Shown: piece by piece, positions 40,672-51,815 of the stretch | Layout of the letters: each line of letters opens with the position of its first letter | How positions within the stretch are numbered: position 1 is the stretch's first letter | Origin: Camelus ferus | Taxonomy: Eukaryota | Assembly: GCF_009834535.1 (NCBI RefSeq) | Contig: NC_045696.1 | Location: forward strand, 73,906,001-73,970,000 | Direction of reading: 5' to 3' | DNA length: 64,000 nucleotides | Notes under the pieces: model-generated | What the model saw: only the letters and a program-made list of their open reading frames with translations | What the model was told of the DNA's origin: nothing | Databases searched by the model: none | Translations under genes and position numbers: made by a program

Positions 40672-40773
40672 AAAGATATGGGACACTTCACAAATTTGCA
40701 TGTCATTCTTGCACAGGCGCCATGCAATCTTCTTTGTATTGTTCATTTTAGTATGTCCGATTGAAGCAAGCAC
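40672..40773 (-). pseudogene. U6 snRNA retropseudogene (full length, degenerate)
   Basis: Reverse complement reads GTGCTTGCTTCAATCGGACATACTAAAATGAACAATACAAAGAAGATTGCATGGCGCCTGTGCAAGAATGACATGCAAATTTGTGAAGTGTCCCATATCTTT, collinear with U6. Confidence 0.93.
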
Positions 40774-41314
40774 TCTAATTCTACTTAGGGATGTTGAGAT
40801 CATACTTCTAATAACTACTTCTAACAACACACATAATAACTCTACTTCTAATATACCTGGGTTTGAAATGATAAGTATTTACTTTCCTTGCTCACCTCTT
40901 TTACTTCTAAGATTTAAAATGAGAAAGTGTGCTAAGCCTCTTTCAGGCCAGAAACATACATTCTTTTTATTTAATATTTACTTTGAAATCCCCTTCTAGC
41001 TAACCTTATTTTTCTTCCCAGTAAAATTTATACCTGCTTAACTTTTTGGTCATTTTTGTTGGAGAGTTTTCACGTAAGCTTTGGTTAGTTACTACATTTC
41101 CATCACCATTTTGTATCTATATGCTATATTTGGAAGGCCTTGAGGATTTGTTCTTCTACTCAAATCAAGTACAAGAAATAAGTGCTTGGTGCTGCATGTA
41201 AGGTCCCAAGGCAAATTGGTACTGTTGTCAGTTAAGTATTTCTTGCCCTGAAAACAGACATTCTCCCCCATGATAAATACTTTTAATCAATCAGTTCTAT
41301 TCTGTATTTTATAG

Positions 41315-41474
41315 GCTGCTCAAGAAAAAGAAGAACTTCAAAGAGAAGGTGACAGTTTGGATGCTAAGATCAACAAAGCTGAAAAAGAAATCTATGCTCT
41401 AGGAAACACTTTGCAAGTGCTGAACAGTTGCAACAACAATTACAAACAATCTTTTAGGAAAGTGACTCCATCTA
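41315..41474 (+). CDS. CCDC39: CCDC39 exon 15 ([13 protein letters not shown]...KVTPS)
   Basis: ag|GCT...A|gtatgt; 160 bp, ends phase 1. Confidence 0.96.
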
Positions 41475-41900
41475 GTATGTAGGAATTATTCAAACTTCTA
41501 ATTGAATATACATGCAATGAAGCTGTACAGTTATTTATTTAAAAAAGAGGAACACTATGAGACAAGGAAAACAAAAATGTACCATGTTTGAGTCGGAAAA
41601 ACTGATCACCCCCACCTCCTGTAAAATAAGTGCTAAGGTGTTATTTCCATTATTAGTTCTAGTGATATGACATAACTTCTCTGGGGAATTAATTTCAAAT
41701 CTGAAGAAAATAGCAGCATATTGGCTGCTCTGTGTTGACAAAATAAGAATAGTTATTTCATGCCCTGTTTTTAACAGTTAGACATAAGGAATTTAACCTT
41801 TCATAACAAAAAATGTTAAAGGTTTAATTTATTTAAGACTTTAAGGTTGCTTTCTTCACAGCATGTTAAACATTTAAAGTAAAAATTCCCTAAATTCCAG

Positions 41901-42007
41901 GTGATGAATATGAGCTAAAAATTCAACTAGAAGAACAAAAAAGAGCTGTTGATGAAAAATACAGATACAAACAAAGACAAATCAGAGAACTACAGGAAGA
42001 TATCCAG
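41901..42007 (+). CDS. CCDC39: CCDC39 exon 16 ([13 protein letters not shown]...LQEDIQ)
   Basis: ag|GT...CAG|gtaaat; 107 bp. Confidence 0.96.
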
Positions 42008-42728
42008 GTAAATTCTATAGAATTTAACGATAAGCCCTTAGTAAAAGTTAACTACTGTTATTATTACTCTATTGTTTTCTTGTACAAAGACAGTTTTTTA
42101 GAGAAGTAGATAGTAAGAGATGTCTCATTTAAGTGAGAAAAAAACAAGAGATCAAAATAGTAACTAAATTAGTTAAAATTCCAAGGCTAAGCACAGACTG
42201 GATCCGTGACAATTACCTGTTAATTAGTTGATAAATCATAGCTAGCTAATTATGATCTACCCACTAACCTTTATTTAGTGAACTTTTATTTCATTTAAAT
42301 CCTTAAAGATCACCTTAAAGATTGTTCCTTAAAACAAAAAAGTTTGAAGGATATAAATAATTTAGTAGAAAGTAGTTACTAAAGTACATCACTGAAAGAG
42401 AAAACAATGTGCTTCGTAAGCAGGTTCTATATAAAAATTTAGACTTTTTTGGCTAATGAAGTTGAAGGAAAAGGTCTGAATTGGGAATCTGAGAACTGTA
42501 TACTTTCAACAGTCATTGTTTGAATTGTTTATTTTTCTCTCAATTACCATAAAAATACTTTCCAGTGGAATTATATACAAAACTTAATCCATAAAACCAT
42601 TATACTTATCAACCAATAGAATGTACATTATATACAAAAATAAATGAAAATTAAATGAATACTTAAGTGGCAATTTATAAGTTATTTGATTCTAACCAAT
42701 AAGTATGTTAATACTTTATTTTCTGCAG

Positions 42729-42869
42729 AGCATGGAAAATACTTTAGCAGTTATAGAGCATTTAACAAATAATGTTAAAGAAAAATTATCAGAGAAGCAA
42801 GCTTATGTACGTCAACTAAGTAGAGAAACTGAGGAGCAGAAGCCAAAATTAGAGAGAGTAACTAAACAG
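42729..42869 (+). CDS. CCDC39: CCDC39 exon 17 ([11 protein letters not shown]...LERVTKQ)
   Basis: ag|AGC...CAG|gtattt; 141 bp. Confidence 0.96.
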
Positions 42870-43014
42870 GTATTTATAACTTTTGAAAACTGACCTGTCA
42901 TATTTATATTTTTTGGAGTTCCAAATGATGACCCCAAATCCTCCTTCATCCATTAAAAAATATTAAGTTGTGGAAAATAGGTTTATATAATAATTGACTA
43001 CTATTGACCAACAG

Positions 43015-43194
43015 TATGCTAAGCTCACCAAGGAAATCCGTCTTTTGAAAGACACAAAAGATGAAACACTGGAAGAACAAGACATTAAACTTCGTGAAGT
43101 GAAACAGCTTCACAAGGTCATTGATGAAATGTTAGTTGATATCTCAGAAGAAAATGCTGAAATCGGAATTATCCTTCAAACATACTTTGAACAG
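43015..43194 (+). CDS. CCDC39: CCDC39 exon 18 ([12 protein letters not shown]...LQTYFEQ)
   Basis: ag|TAT...CAG|gtaata; 180 bp. Confidence 0.96.
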
Positions 43195-43339
43195 GTAATA
43201 AGAATACCTTTTAGATAAAAATATTTCTTAAACACTTAATGAAAATAAAAAATTTATGGCATTCATCATAAAGTGAAATCTAATGAGAAATACTCTAAAA
43301 TGCAGTGGTACTAACGATTGCTATTGAATCTTCTTCCAG

Positions 43340-43425
43340 AGTGGTTTAGAACTACCTACAGCTAGTACTAAAGGCAGTCGTCACAGCTCTAGATCTCCTT
43401 CACAGACTTCACTGTTATCAGCAAG
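43340..43425 (+). CDS. CCDC39: CCDC39 exon 19 ([28 protein letters not shown])
   Basis: ag|AGT...AG|gtaagt; 86 bp. Confidence 0.94.
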
Positions 43426-44643
43426 GTAAGTGGAAGGTGAAAAAACCCATCTCCTTCCATACAACTCTCATGGCTTCCAGCCTAAGTGAACCCAGCACCT
43501 GCACATTGCCGCAGCTGTGGGACCTGCCAGTGCCAGTGCTCTCCTCTGCATTACCTGCCTTCCTATGTCAGTGTCGCATACGCAGGAAACAGCCAGCAGA
43601 GCCAGACTCTTTTCTTCTGACTTCTGTCTGGTGTTATCATTTCCATTTTGGTGTAGAGTGCTTTGTGACTCCCAGCTATTTCAGTAGGATAAAGCAGGGT
43701 GAAATTTTGGAGGTTACATCTAGCATGGTCAACCCTGAGTAGGGGGAGAATTTATTAAACCATAAATGGGCAACTTGTCTTTACAGACATATAGAATAAG
43801 ACTTTTATGATTAAAACCCATTGTTAAATCTTACGTAGTCAGACTTTTATGATGCTTTATTTTGCTAAGAAGGAAATTATTCTTTACTTCTGCAGTTTAG
43901 TTTTATCCAGAATTCTATAATCAGGTAGACATTTAGTCAACATCCTTGTGCTTTAACAAAATAAAAATTATTAATGATCATTCTAATTTTAAAATTTCCA
44001 ATCTCCTACATTTACCAAGTTAGAGATGTCACAAAGGGGCTTCCCAAAAGATAGTGTTTAAAAACATAAACACCCCACTTTCTTTGTAAACATGATGAGC
44101 AGCCACTTGAACATCCCAGTACTTTCATATAAATATATATATTTTAAAAACTTAGCAGTTAGAATTGTATGGCTAGTTATACTTTTCAAATGGACCCACC
44201 ACTCTATCCGATCAGTAGGCCCCCTCACTTTCTTCTCGTCAGCTTGAATTACATAACCTATCATTTTAGTCACTCTTGCCGGCACTCAAATTCCCATGCC
44301 CGTTTTTGTTTTTATGTTTGATGAATTTTGCCAACTTTTAATACCTAATGATTCTACCTTTAAATTGATTATAATGAAAGCACTTTTCATATAGAAATAC
44401 ATTTGTTGAACTGTTTTTTCTACTAGCTTGAAACCTTGTTACCCTTCTTTTCCTTTTTAAACTAATTTCTTCATATTATTAATGGTCATGCTTTTAAAAT
44501 TTATTATTAGCATTATTAATAGTATATCTTTTTTGATTCTTTAATTACTTGTGGGATTATGGCATCTTTTGCCATTAATAAGGGGGTTTCTGCTAAAATA
44601 TAAATTTTGAATTAACTTTTCAGTACTTCTGGTTTTATTCTAG

Positions 44644-44797
44644 GTCATCTAAAAGTACAAGTACTTCTGCTTCTCAGACTTCGATTAAAGTATTAGAGCT
44701 GAACTTCCCAGCCTCTCCACTAACTGGCAGCACTTCTAGACCAACTAGTGCTAGCAGTGGCTCCAGTAATGGTAAAAGCAAAAAAAGCACCAAATAA
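44644..44797 (+). CDS. CCDC39: CCDC39 last coding exon 20 ([19 protein letters not shown]...KSKKSTK*)
   Basis: ag|G...TAA at 44795-44797. Exons 2-20 sum to 2736 nt = 911 aa + stop; with the ~30-aa exon 1 outside the window this gives ~941 aa, the recalled human length. Confidence 0.94.
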
Positions 44798-47700
44798 ACA
44801 TTTTAATCTCTTTTTTGAACAAGTTGTAAATGCAAAAACAAAAATCTCATAATTTTAAAATAGTATATCCCACTCTATGCTTTCGGGTGCCGTACATTGG
44901 TATAGAGGCCTACTGAAATAGTGTTAGAGGAATGAAATGACCAGACAAAAGTTTTATCCAGTGGAAAATATAAAACTGTTAAAAATGATTTAAGAGTCAT
45001 TGTACTATATAGAGTTTATATTATTACTAAAATTCTCTTTTACCCTAGAAGATCTTGAAGTTAGCTTTTATTAAAAGAAACATATTTTCTTTGTGGGAAG
45101 AAATTTGTTGTTTCTTCTTTTAGCATAATTTAAAAATTCTTAGCCAAAAAATAGCATTATCTTCCCTCAGCAGGAAAACGATTGGTAGGAAAGAGAACCA
45201 CTATATAACAATGAGTGCAGCTTAAATTTCTAGAAAGTAGTCTACTCTGATCTTGAAAGAAGTTACACAAAGATTTTGCTCTCAAGATGCAGCCAAGAAT
45301 GTATTTTTAAGATTTCCCTGATTTAATAAACAACTTCAAGACAGCTAGGTGTGACTTGACTTGCAATAGGAATTTCATAAATTTGCAGTGAAGGTAGACA
45401 ACCAGATTAAGAATTAGTTATTCTAGTCAATACTTTTATTACATATGCCCAACATTTGGAACTCTTGGAACAGAGTGTGAAGGATGACTATGTTATAAAA
45501 TTGGTTTTCAAATAGATGTATCAGAATCTATATACTTAAATAAGTACTGTCTCTTTCAATCTTTGGGAAAAAATATTTGTTATGACAGCTGTCATTGCTT
45601 AGAACTGTCATTTGCAATTCCTTCTGAAAGGCAGGAGTGGTGTAAACCTGTTTCTCCTGATCATTATTTGAGTATTTTATTATTATTATTTTTAGAAATA
45701 GCCAGCAAAAGGCATGGCCAAGTCCAATGAATAAGATGGGTAAAAAGCTGAATTTTTTTGGTAAAACATTGTTCTGATGAGTGAGATTTATTTTATAAGA
45801 CCTAAGAATTGATTAATCTTATGGTCACTTTGAATGTTCACTAAAGTTCTTATTTTCCACCCTACAGTACTTTGTAAACTACTTGGAAGTTGAAATATTA
45901 AACACCGTATTTAACGAATCTATGAAACACTGAAGGGATTATGTCTTACTAGTTCTGTGACCTTGGGAAAGTTACTTCTCTATGCTTTCTTCCTCATTTA
46001 TAATATAGAGACAGTAAGTTACCTCTATCAAGTTTATTAAAATAATCAGGTATTATATATAAAATGCACAGGTCCTGACACATAAGAATTGCACAATAAC
46101 TTCTACCTATTACTGAGTCACCAACCAGTCTAGCACAGTATTTGTGGAATGGTTAGGTTCTCAGGCCAGCAGTACAAGCCTGCATTTAACTCTTACAGTA
46201 ACATTTCCAACCTCAGTGTAATGTTAAATGGTTAGACAATGGATCAACCCTGTTATCTCCAAATGCGAAGTCATCTTAACATTCACCTGTTGTGTCAGAA
46301 AGTCATCTACTTATGGAAACCAAGATACAGCCTGGGTATGTACAAACTATAGACATAATGATGTTAAGGGGAAAAAAAATTGCTTAAGATACCACTAGGG
46401 ATTCTTAATAAGTAAATCCCCCCCCCCTTTTTTTTTCTGTGATGGGTTTCTTTTATGTTTACGATTCATATGTCCTGGGAAAGCAGCTTTGGGGAAGATG
46501 CAATTTCTAAATTTAGGCAGGCTGTTATGTAAGTTACTATCCTAATTTTTTTGTACCTGAATCTAACAGTAAACCACAAAGATGCTTTGGAAAATGACAA
46601 TGCTGGTTGACAGTGATGCTCAGAGATTTTATTAAAGTGTATGTAAAATTCTGAAGCTGTACTACACATTCCTAAAAGTCAAGGGGTATGTCAAGAGACA
46701 GTTTCCACTCTTTAAAAACACCACTATGTAGGACTAGGTCGGGATGATACCAGAGCTATTAATACACAGAAAGAACTGGAGAGTCCCTTCAGATCAACTT
46801 GTTGGTGCAAAGACTGATGCCCAAGTGACTGATTTCTACTGCTATCATCTACTGTTTTTGACCAGAATTTCTTTTTCTGTTCCATTGCAAAACAAATTTT
46901 AGCTTTTTTATTAGGCTCCCATCACTGAAGTCTAAAGGTTTCAAATAGTACACATCCAGTTGCACTTAAAAGTTTTGCTATTTTACTGTTGGCAAGAACT
47001 GCAAGACAGAACAAGGACTAAGTGTCTTCTTCCTCTAACATTCTCTCACTTAGACCTTTGTAGATGGATACTCATATCCCCCAACCCACCCAGTCCAGTG
47101 TCATCATGAGTTGGAAAGGTTCTAAAACCAAGTGTAAACACCTATGACTTCTATTTCTCTCTCTCTCTATCCCTATCTATACTGTTTTCAATAATCTGGG
47201 GAAGATCCGTATGATACAAGTTCCTTTCTTCTTCAGCTCTAGTTGCTGAAATTTATCCTGAGCAAAACGTGGCTCTGTCAGCTAGTAATTTATTCAGACT
47301 CTGAGAAAGGAGGCATCAGGGGAGAGGTGTTAAGGAAGAAAGCGGAAATGCAGGACAGCTCTAGGCTATTTAAAAACATCCCAGTGCCTTCCCAAATGGA
47401 CATGAGCAATATTAGGACAGTTTTCTAGTTTCCTATCCCTTAGTGGAAAACCAGGTTTATAGTGTGCTTCTCTTGCTGTTTTTGCTAACAGGATTCTTTC
47501 CTACTCTGATTTATTCTTGCCTGGAATGTAGTCTCTCAGGGTCTTGCCAATAGTTAAAGAAATTTTTTAGGGCTATACTGCTAGTAAGAAGGGAGAAGAA
47601 AAAGAAAAATGAGCAAAATGGGCCCCTATTCAACTTTCATGGCTTTATTCCTAAGAAACTTGTTAAACAGTCGGTACACAAACCATTTGAATTAAATGAG

Positions 47701-48245
47701 GCTTTAGAGGTCAATTAGACAAGACAGACAACCTGTCTACTGTTTTAAAGTTATGCAAAAAACTTAATATTTAAACAAAAGACTATAAAATGGTACTTAA
47801 GAAATATTCAAATGTATCTTTTAAAAGCCAAGGGATTTTAATTTGACAGGAGAATGAAGTAATATTGATAAAAATGATCCAAGTGTTGAATGCACAAATT
47901 TAATTTTCTCTCAAACAGCAGGATAAGGTGGACCCCCAAAATTCTCATACATAAGAAACACTACTTTGAGAGTTATCTTTAGGTGAAGAAGTTTAAATCA
48001 TCTGAGTAAGAAATACTGTACATAAACATACTCATGAAAAGCCTAAAAAATCAAGCTGTTAAAAGGGGACCTACAACTGAAACAAATATACTTTGAGAAT
48101 AGCTATAAAAGGCATCTGATTTCTGCAATCTCTACAAATAAAATAACCTTAGGAGCAGAGACTTCTGCACCAGACTGTTATAACTACAAGACTCAAAACT
48201 TTCATTAAAAGCCTTTAGTGTAATGGTGCTGATCCCCTTAGCATA

Positions 48246-49159
48246 TTAATTTTTTGGCTTATTTCCTTTTTCTTTCTCAAATGCAGCTATCTGATTAAAT
48301 ATATTGAGTAAATTTTGAGGTAAATTTTTTTTAACTCCACTTTCTGAATGCTGTTTGCTATTTAGTCCCTCTTCTGGAACCTCTGTTTTATCCTCCTCAG
48401 AATTACCTTCTCTTTCATGTTCTCCTTGATTTTTATTTAGTTGGTATCTTTGCTCATGTCTACTGAAGTCACGTGATCCAGTGTAAGTGTATTTTTTATA
48501 TTTTTCAACTGACTTCCAAGAGTAGTCCGAGCTTGCTGGTGAAGTGGAACATCTCATGGAACCAGGCTCCCACCTTCTATAGTGCTCTTTTCTTCCTTCT
48601 ATCTCTTTTTCAAATCTTCTGTAACCATAAATTTTCATCTTGTCCTCTGAATTCCTATAGGACTCTGAGGAATCTCTTCTACTAGAAAAATGTCTTTCGG
48701 ATTTATATGGCTTTTCTGTTTTGCTACTACCTGCCTGAGTTTTAGAGCTATTATAGAAATCTCTTGGATCTTCAGACCTACCTCCAAAATCATCCGGAAT
48801 TTCAACTGAAGATGAAGAGAGAGGGCATCTATCTTTCTCTTTTACCTGTTTCTTTTGATATGGTAACCTATCCTGCTTTTCCAGTAGTTTTTCCACTTCT
48901 TGTTTTTGGTTAAGAAAAGATGCTGAAGTATTGGCTGGAACAGGGGAAGCACTCATCTTTCTTATTCTGATCTACCTGATTTGAGGATGACTTAGCTGAA
49001 TGCCTTTTGGAACTTCGAGAAGACTCTGAGCGGTTCCTCTTATGTTTCTTATGCCTTTTGTGACCAGAAGAGGAAGAGGATGATGAAGAAGAAACTGATT
49101 CATCAGCAGAAGAAACACTTGATGAGGAAGAAGTTGATTTTCTTCTTTTTTTCTTTAGC
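48246..49159 (-). CDS. TTC14: TTC14 last coding exon 12 (Ser/Arg/Lys-rich tail ...[10 protein letters not shown]), interrupted by a +1 frameshift at 48943-48946
   Basis: tag|G acceptor at 49159; [12 protein letters not shown]...DECF in one frame, [10 protein letters not shown]...KN* in the next frame (ORF 48246..48956). Confidence 0.93.
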
Positions 49160-49482
49160 CTAAAAAAATGTAGTTAACTCATCAGATATGTTGAGTATAA
49201 AATGTTTAATTATCCATAAAGATTTTAGTTCTGTTCTAACGATTTCATAAAAGCTATGCCTTAGATAAGGAATTATTATAATAATCTTAGTTACTACAGA
49301 ATCCAAGTTTATCATTACTCATGGGTTTTGGGGAAAAAATACTTGTGTAGACAGTTGTCACTGTAAACAAATCCATCATTTCTGAAAGACACAGTGACAC
49401 TTCTAATATTACCTTAAAAACTTAAGACCATCTGAACACATAAAGGAGAGAACTGAAGTTTTATATTTGGCCACCTCTGGTT

Positions 49483-49688
49483 CATAGTTTCTCCACCTCA
49501 GCACTATTAAAATTTTTGGCCGAATAATTTTTTGCTAGGAGGGTAGTGTGGTGTTGGGGGACTCCTACATCACTGTAGTTGAGCAGCATCTTTGTCCTCT
49601 ACCCACGAGATGCCAGTAGCACTCTACCAGCTATGACAACCAAAAATGTCCCCTAGGGGACAAAACCGCTCCTAGTTGAGAACTACTG
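49483..49688. mobile_element. MER20 (hAT-Charlie) DNA transposon
   Basis: MER20-like body (cagcatc...ctctacccacgagatgccagtagcac...tgacaaccaaaaatgtc...gttgagaactactg); 8-bp TSD ctctggtt/ctctagtt. Confidence 0.85.
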
Positions 49689-49747
49689 CTCTAGTTCTAA
49701 AACATTTCTACCTAAAATACAGATAATTAAAATAACTTATTATATAT

Positions 49748-49856
49748 ATATATTTTTAATTTTATTTTTTTAACAAGAGGTACTGGTTTTAGATTAAACC
49801 CAAGACCTCATGCATGCCAAGTATACACTATACCACTGAGCTATAACCTCCCCCAC
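49748..49856 (-). mobile_element. tRNA-derived SINE (same family), short copy
   Basis: gaggtactgg...aaacccaagacctcatgcatgccaag...accactgagctata; TSD taaaataacttattatatat at 49728-49747 and 49857-49876. Confidence 0.8.
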
Positions 49857-50095
49857 TAAAATAACTTATTATATATTTTAATTATAAGGTTATTTATTTT
49901 GCAGAATTCTAGCCTTAGACTCCACTTTGCATTATCTCTTTTATAAAAAAATTTGTGGTGTACACATACTTGCTAAGAATTACTGATTATGACTTGAAGC
50001 ACTTTTATTTTTTTACTTACTTTACCTCCCATATGGCACTTTGGTTCAACTCAGTACTTGCTTTAAGTTAAAGAATACTGAATATCATAGTTTAC

Positions 50096-50205
50096 CTTTT
50101 CTCCTCTTTTAAGAGCTTACGCAACTTTTCTGCACTTGTTTCTATTTTCTTTGTTTTCTGCTTTTCTTCCTTTTCAGCTTGTTTTTCTCTTAATTCCAAA
50201 GATTT
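50096..50205 (-). CDS. TTC14: TTC14 exon 11 ([17 protein letters not shown]...LKEEK)
   Basis: aag|AAA...AG|gtaaac; 110 bp. Confidence 0.94.
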
Positions 50206-51120
50206 CTTTTAGAACCCAGATATCGGAAAAAACCACACGTTAAAAATAGCAGAATATATAAAACCCAGTTTTCAAAAGACCGCCCCCCAACCAGAAACCG
50301 AATGTAGTATATCCAAATCACCATTCATCCAGCATTAAACAAATATTTTTAACATATAAAAATTAATCACACAGGTGTTTGGCATTAATCATTGGAACAG
50401 CCAGAACAGAATTGAGGACCATATTGCAGTTGGTATTCCATGAAAAAAGGGGAAGCCATTGCATTGGTACCCATGACCCAGAATGCACAAAAGAGAAAAA
50501 AATAAAATACACAAAAATTAAAAAAAAATTAAAATTTAAACAGGACACAAAGTTTATAAATAAAATTCAAAGAAAGTCCATTAAGGTGAATTGAGGAAGG
50601 AATCACCACGTTCAAATACAAACCATTTAAAAAATAGCACAGCCCAGGTGGATGCATGATTACATAAGAAATCATTTTCCAGTTTGAGGATGGGGATGAG
50701 CAGCACCAGATGTCACAGACACAGCAGCAATGGTCCAATTCAGAAGAAAATGCATGAGAAAACATCATCATCAGTATTACAGGAAAAGACAATCTAAAAT
50801 ATTTCTCAAAAAAGGTTTTTTATAATTAGCTCAATTACAGTAACAACCCTGAATTCTATAACCACCAGGAAAGCTCGCAACGAGGACAGTTCTCAAAGCC
50901 GCATACCAAATTTAGACAACGGGAATTTTCTCATGGGGTTATTTTTACTTTTGAGCATTAAAACTATGAAGCTATGTCAAACCCAATTAAGAAAACCTGT
51001 ATCTGAAAAAATTCGTAATGCCTTAATTAAGTGATCTATTCTAATCTTCCCCAGAAGAAAGTTAAGTTTTGGTACTAATTTCAAATATCACTAAATTTCT
51101 AAGAGGAAATAAAGAATCAC

Positions 51121-51238
51121 CTGCATATATTTATGAAGCTTCTGCAAAGCATCCTCTGCATCTTTAAAAGTTTCATCCAAAGCCAAAGCTTTCTTATAGT
51201 AACTTTCAGCATTTAAAAACTTTTCTTCTTCTTCTAAC
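51121..51238 (-). CDS. TTC14: TTC14 exon 10, TPR ([20 protein letters not shown]...HKYMQ)
   Basis: tag|G...CAG|gtgatt; 118 bp. Confidence 0.96.
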
Positions 51239-51434
51239 CTAAATTTGAAAGGAAAATTTAGCTTTTTTTTTTTTGGTAAAAATAAGAAGTCCTCAAATAT
51301 GCATATGGGGCAGAGGATTGATTATATGAGAGAATTTATTAGGGAAAAACCATGTGTAACAAATTATTTTCCAAATTGAACAATACTTAATATGCTTGTT
51401 ATTGCCTTTTAATTTTTTTTGCAAAAAGACCATA

Positions 51435-51815
51435 TAAAACCACATAAAACAGAAAAACAGAACTCATAGGTACAGAGAACAGATTGATGGTTGTCAGAGG
51501 TGGTAGTCGTGGTGATGGAGGGGTGGCCAAAATGGGTGAAGGTGGTCAAAAGGCATAAAATTCCAGTTAGAAGACAAAGTCCTGGGAATGTAATGTACAG
51601 CATGGTGACTATAGTTAATAATACTGTATTGTATATTCAAAAGTTGCTAAGAGAATACTTCTTAAAAGTTCTCATCACAAGAAAAAAATTGTTAACTATG
51701 TATGACAGATTTATTGTGAACTCTTCACAATATACACATATATTGAATCATCATGCTGTACATAGCCTGAAACTAATAAAATGTTATGTGGCAATTGTAT
51801 CTCAATTAACCAACC
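51435..51815 (+). mobile_element. L1 3' end (L1MA9-like) in TTC14 intron 9
   Basis: aactcataggtacagagaacagattgatggttg...atgtaatgtacagcatggtgactatagttaataatactgtattgtata...ttctcatcacaag. Confidence 0.82.

Noticed and set aside
48246..48956. 236-aa ORF as an independent gene
   Set aside because: It is the out-of-frame distal part of TTC14 exon 12; its 'MSAS' start is a by-product of the frameshift.
50735..50775. C/D-box snoRNA-like motifs (ATGATGA...CTGA) on the minus strand in TTC14 intron 10
   Set aside because: The boxes are too close together, with no terminal stem or convincing distal D box.
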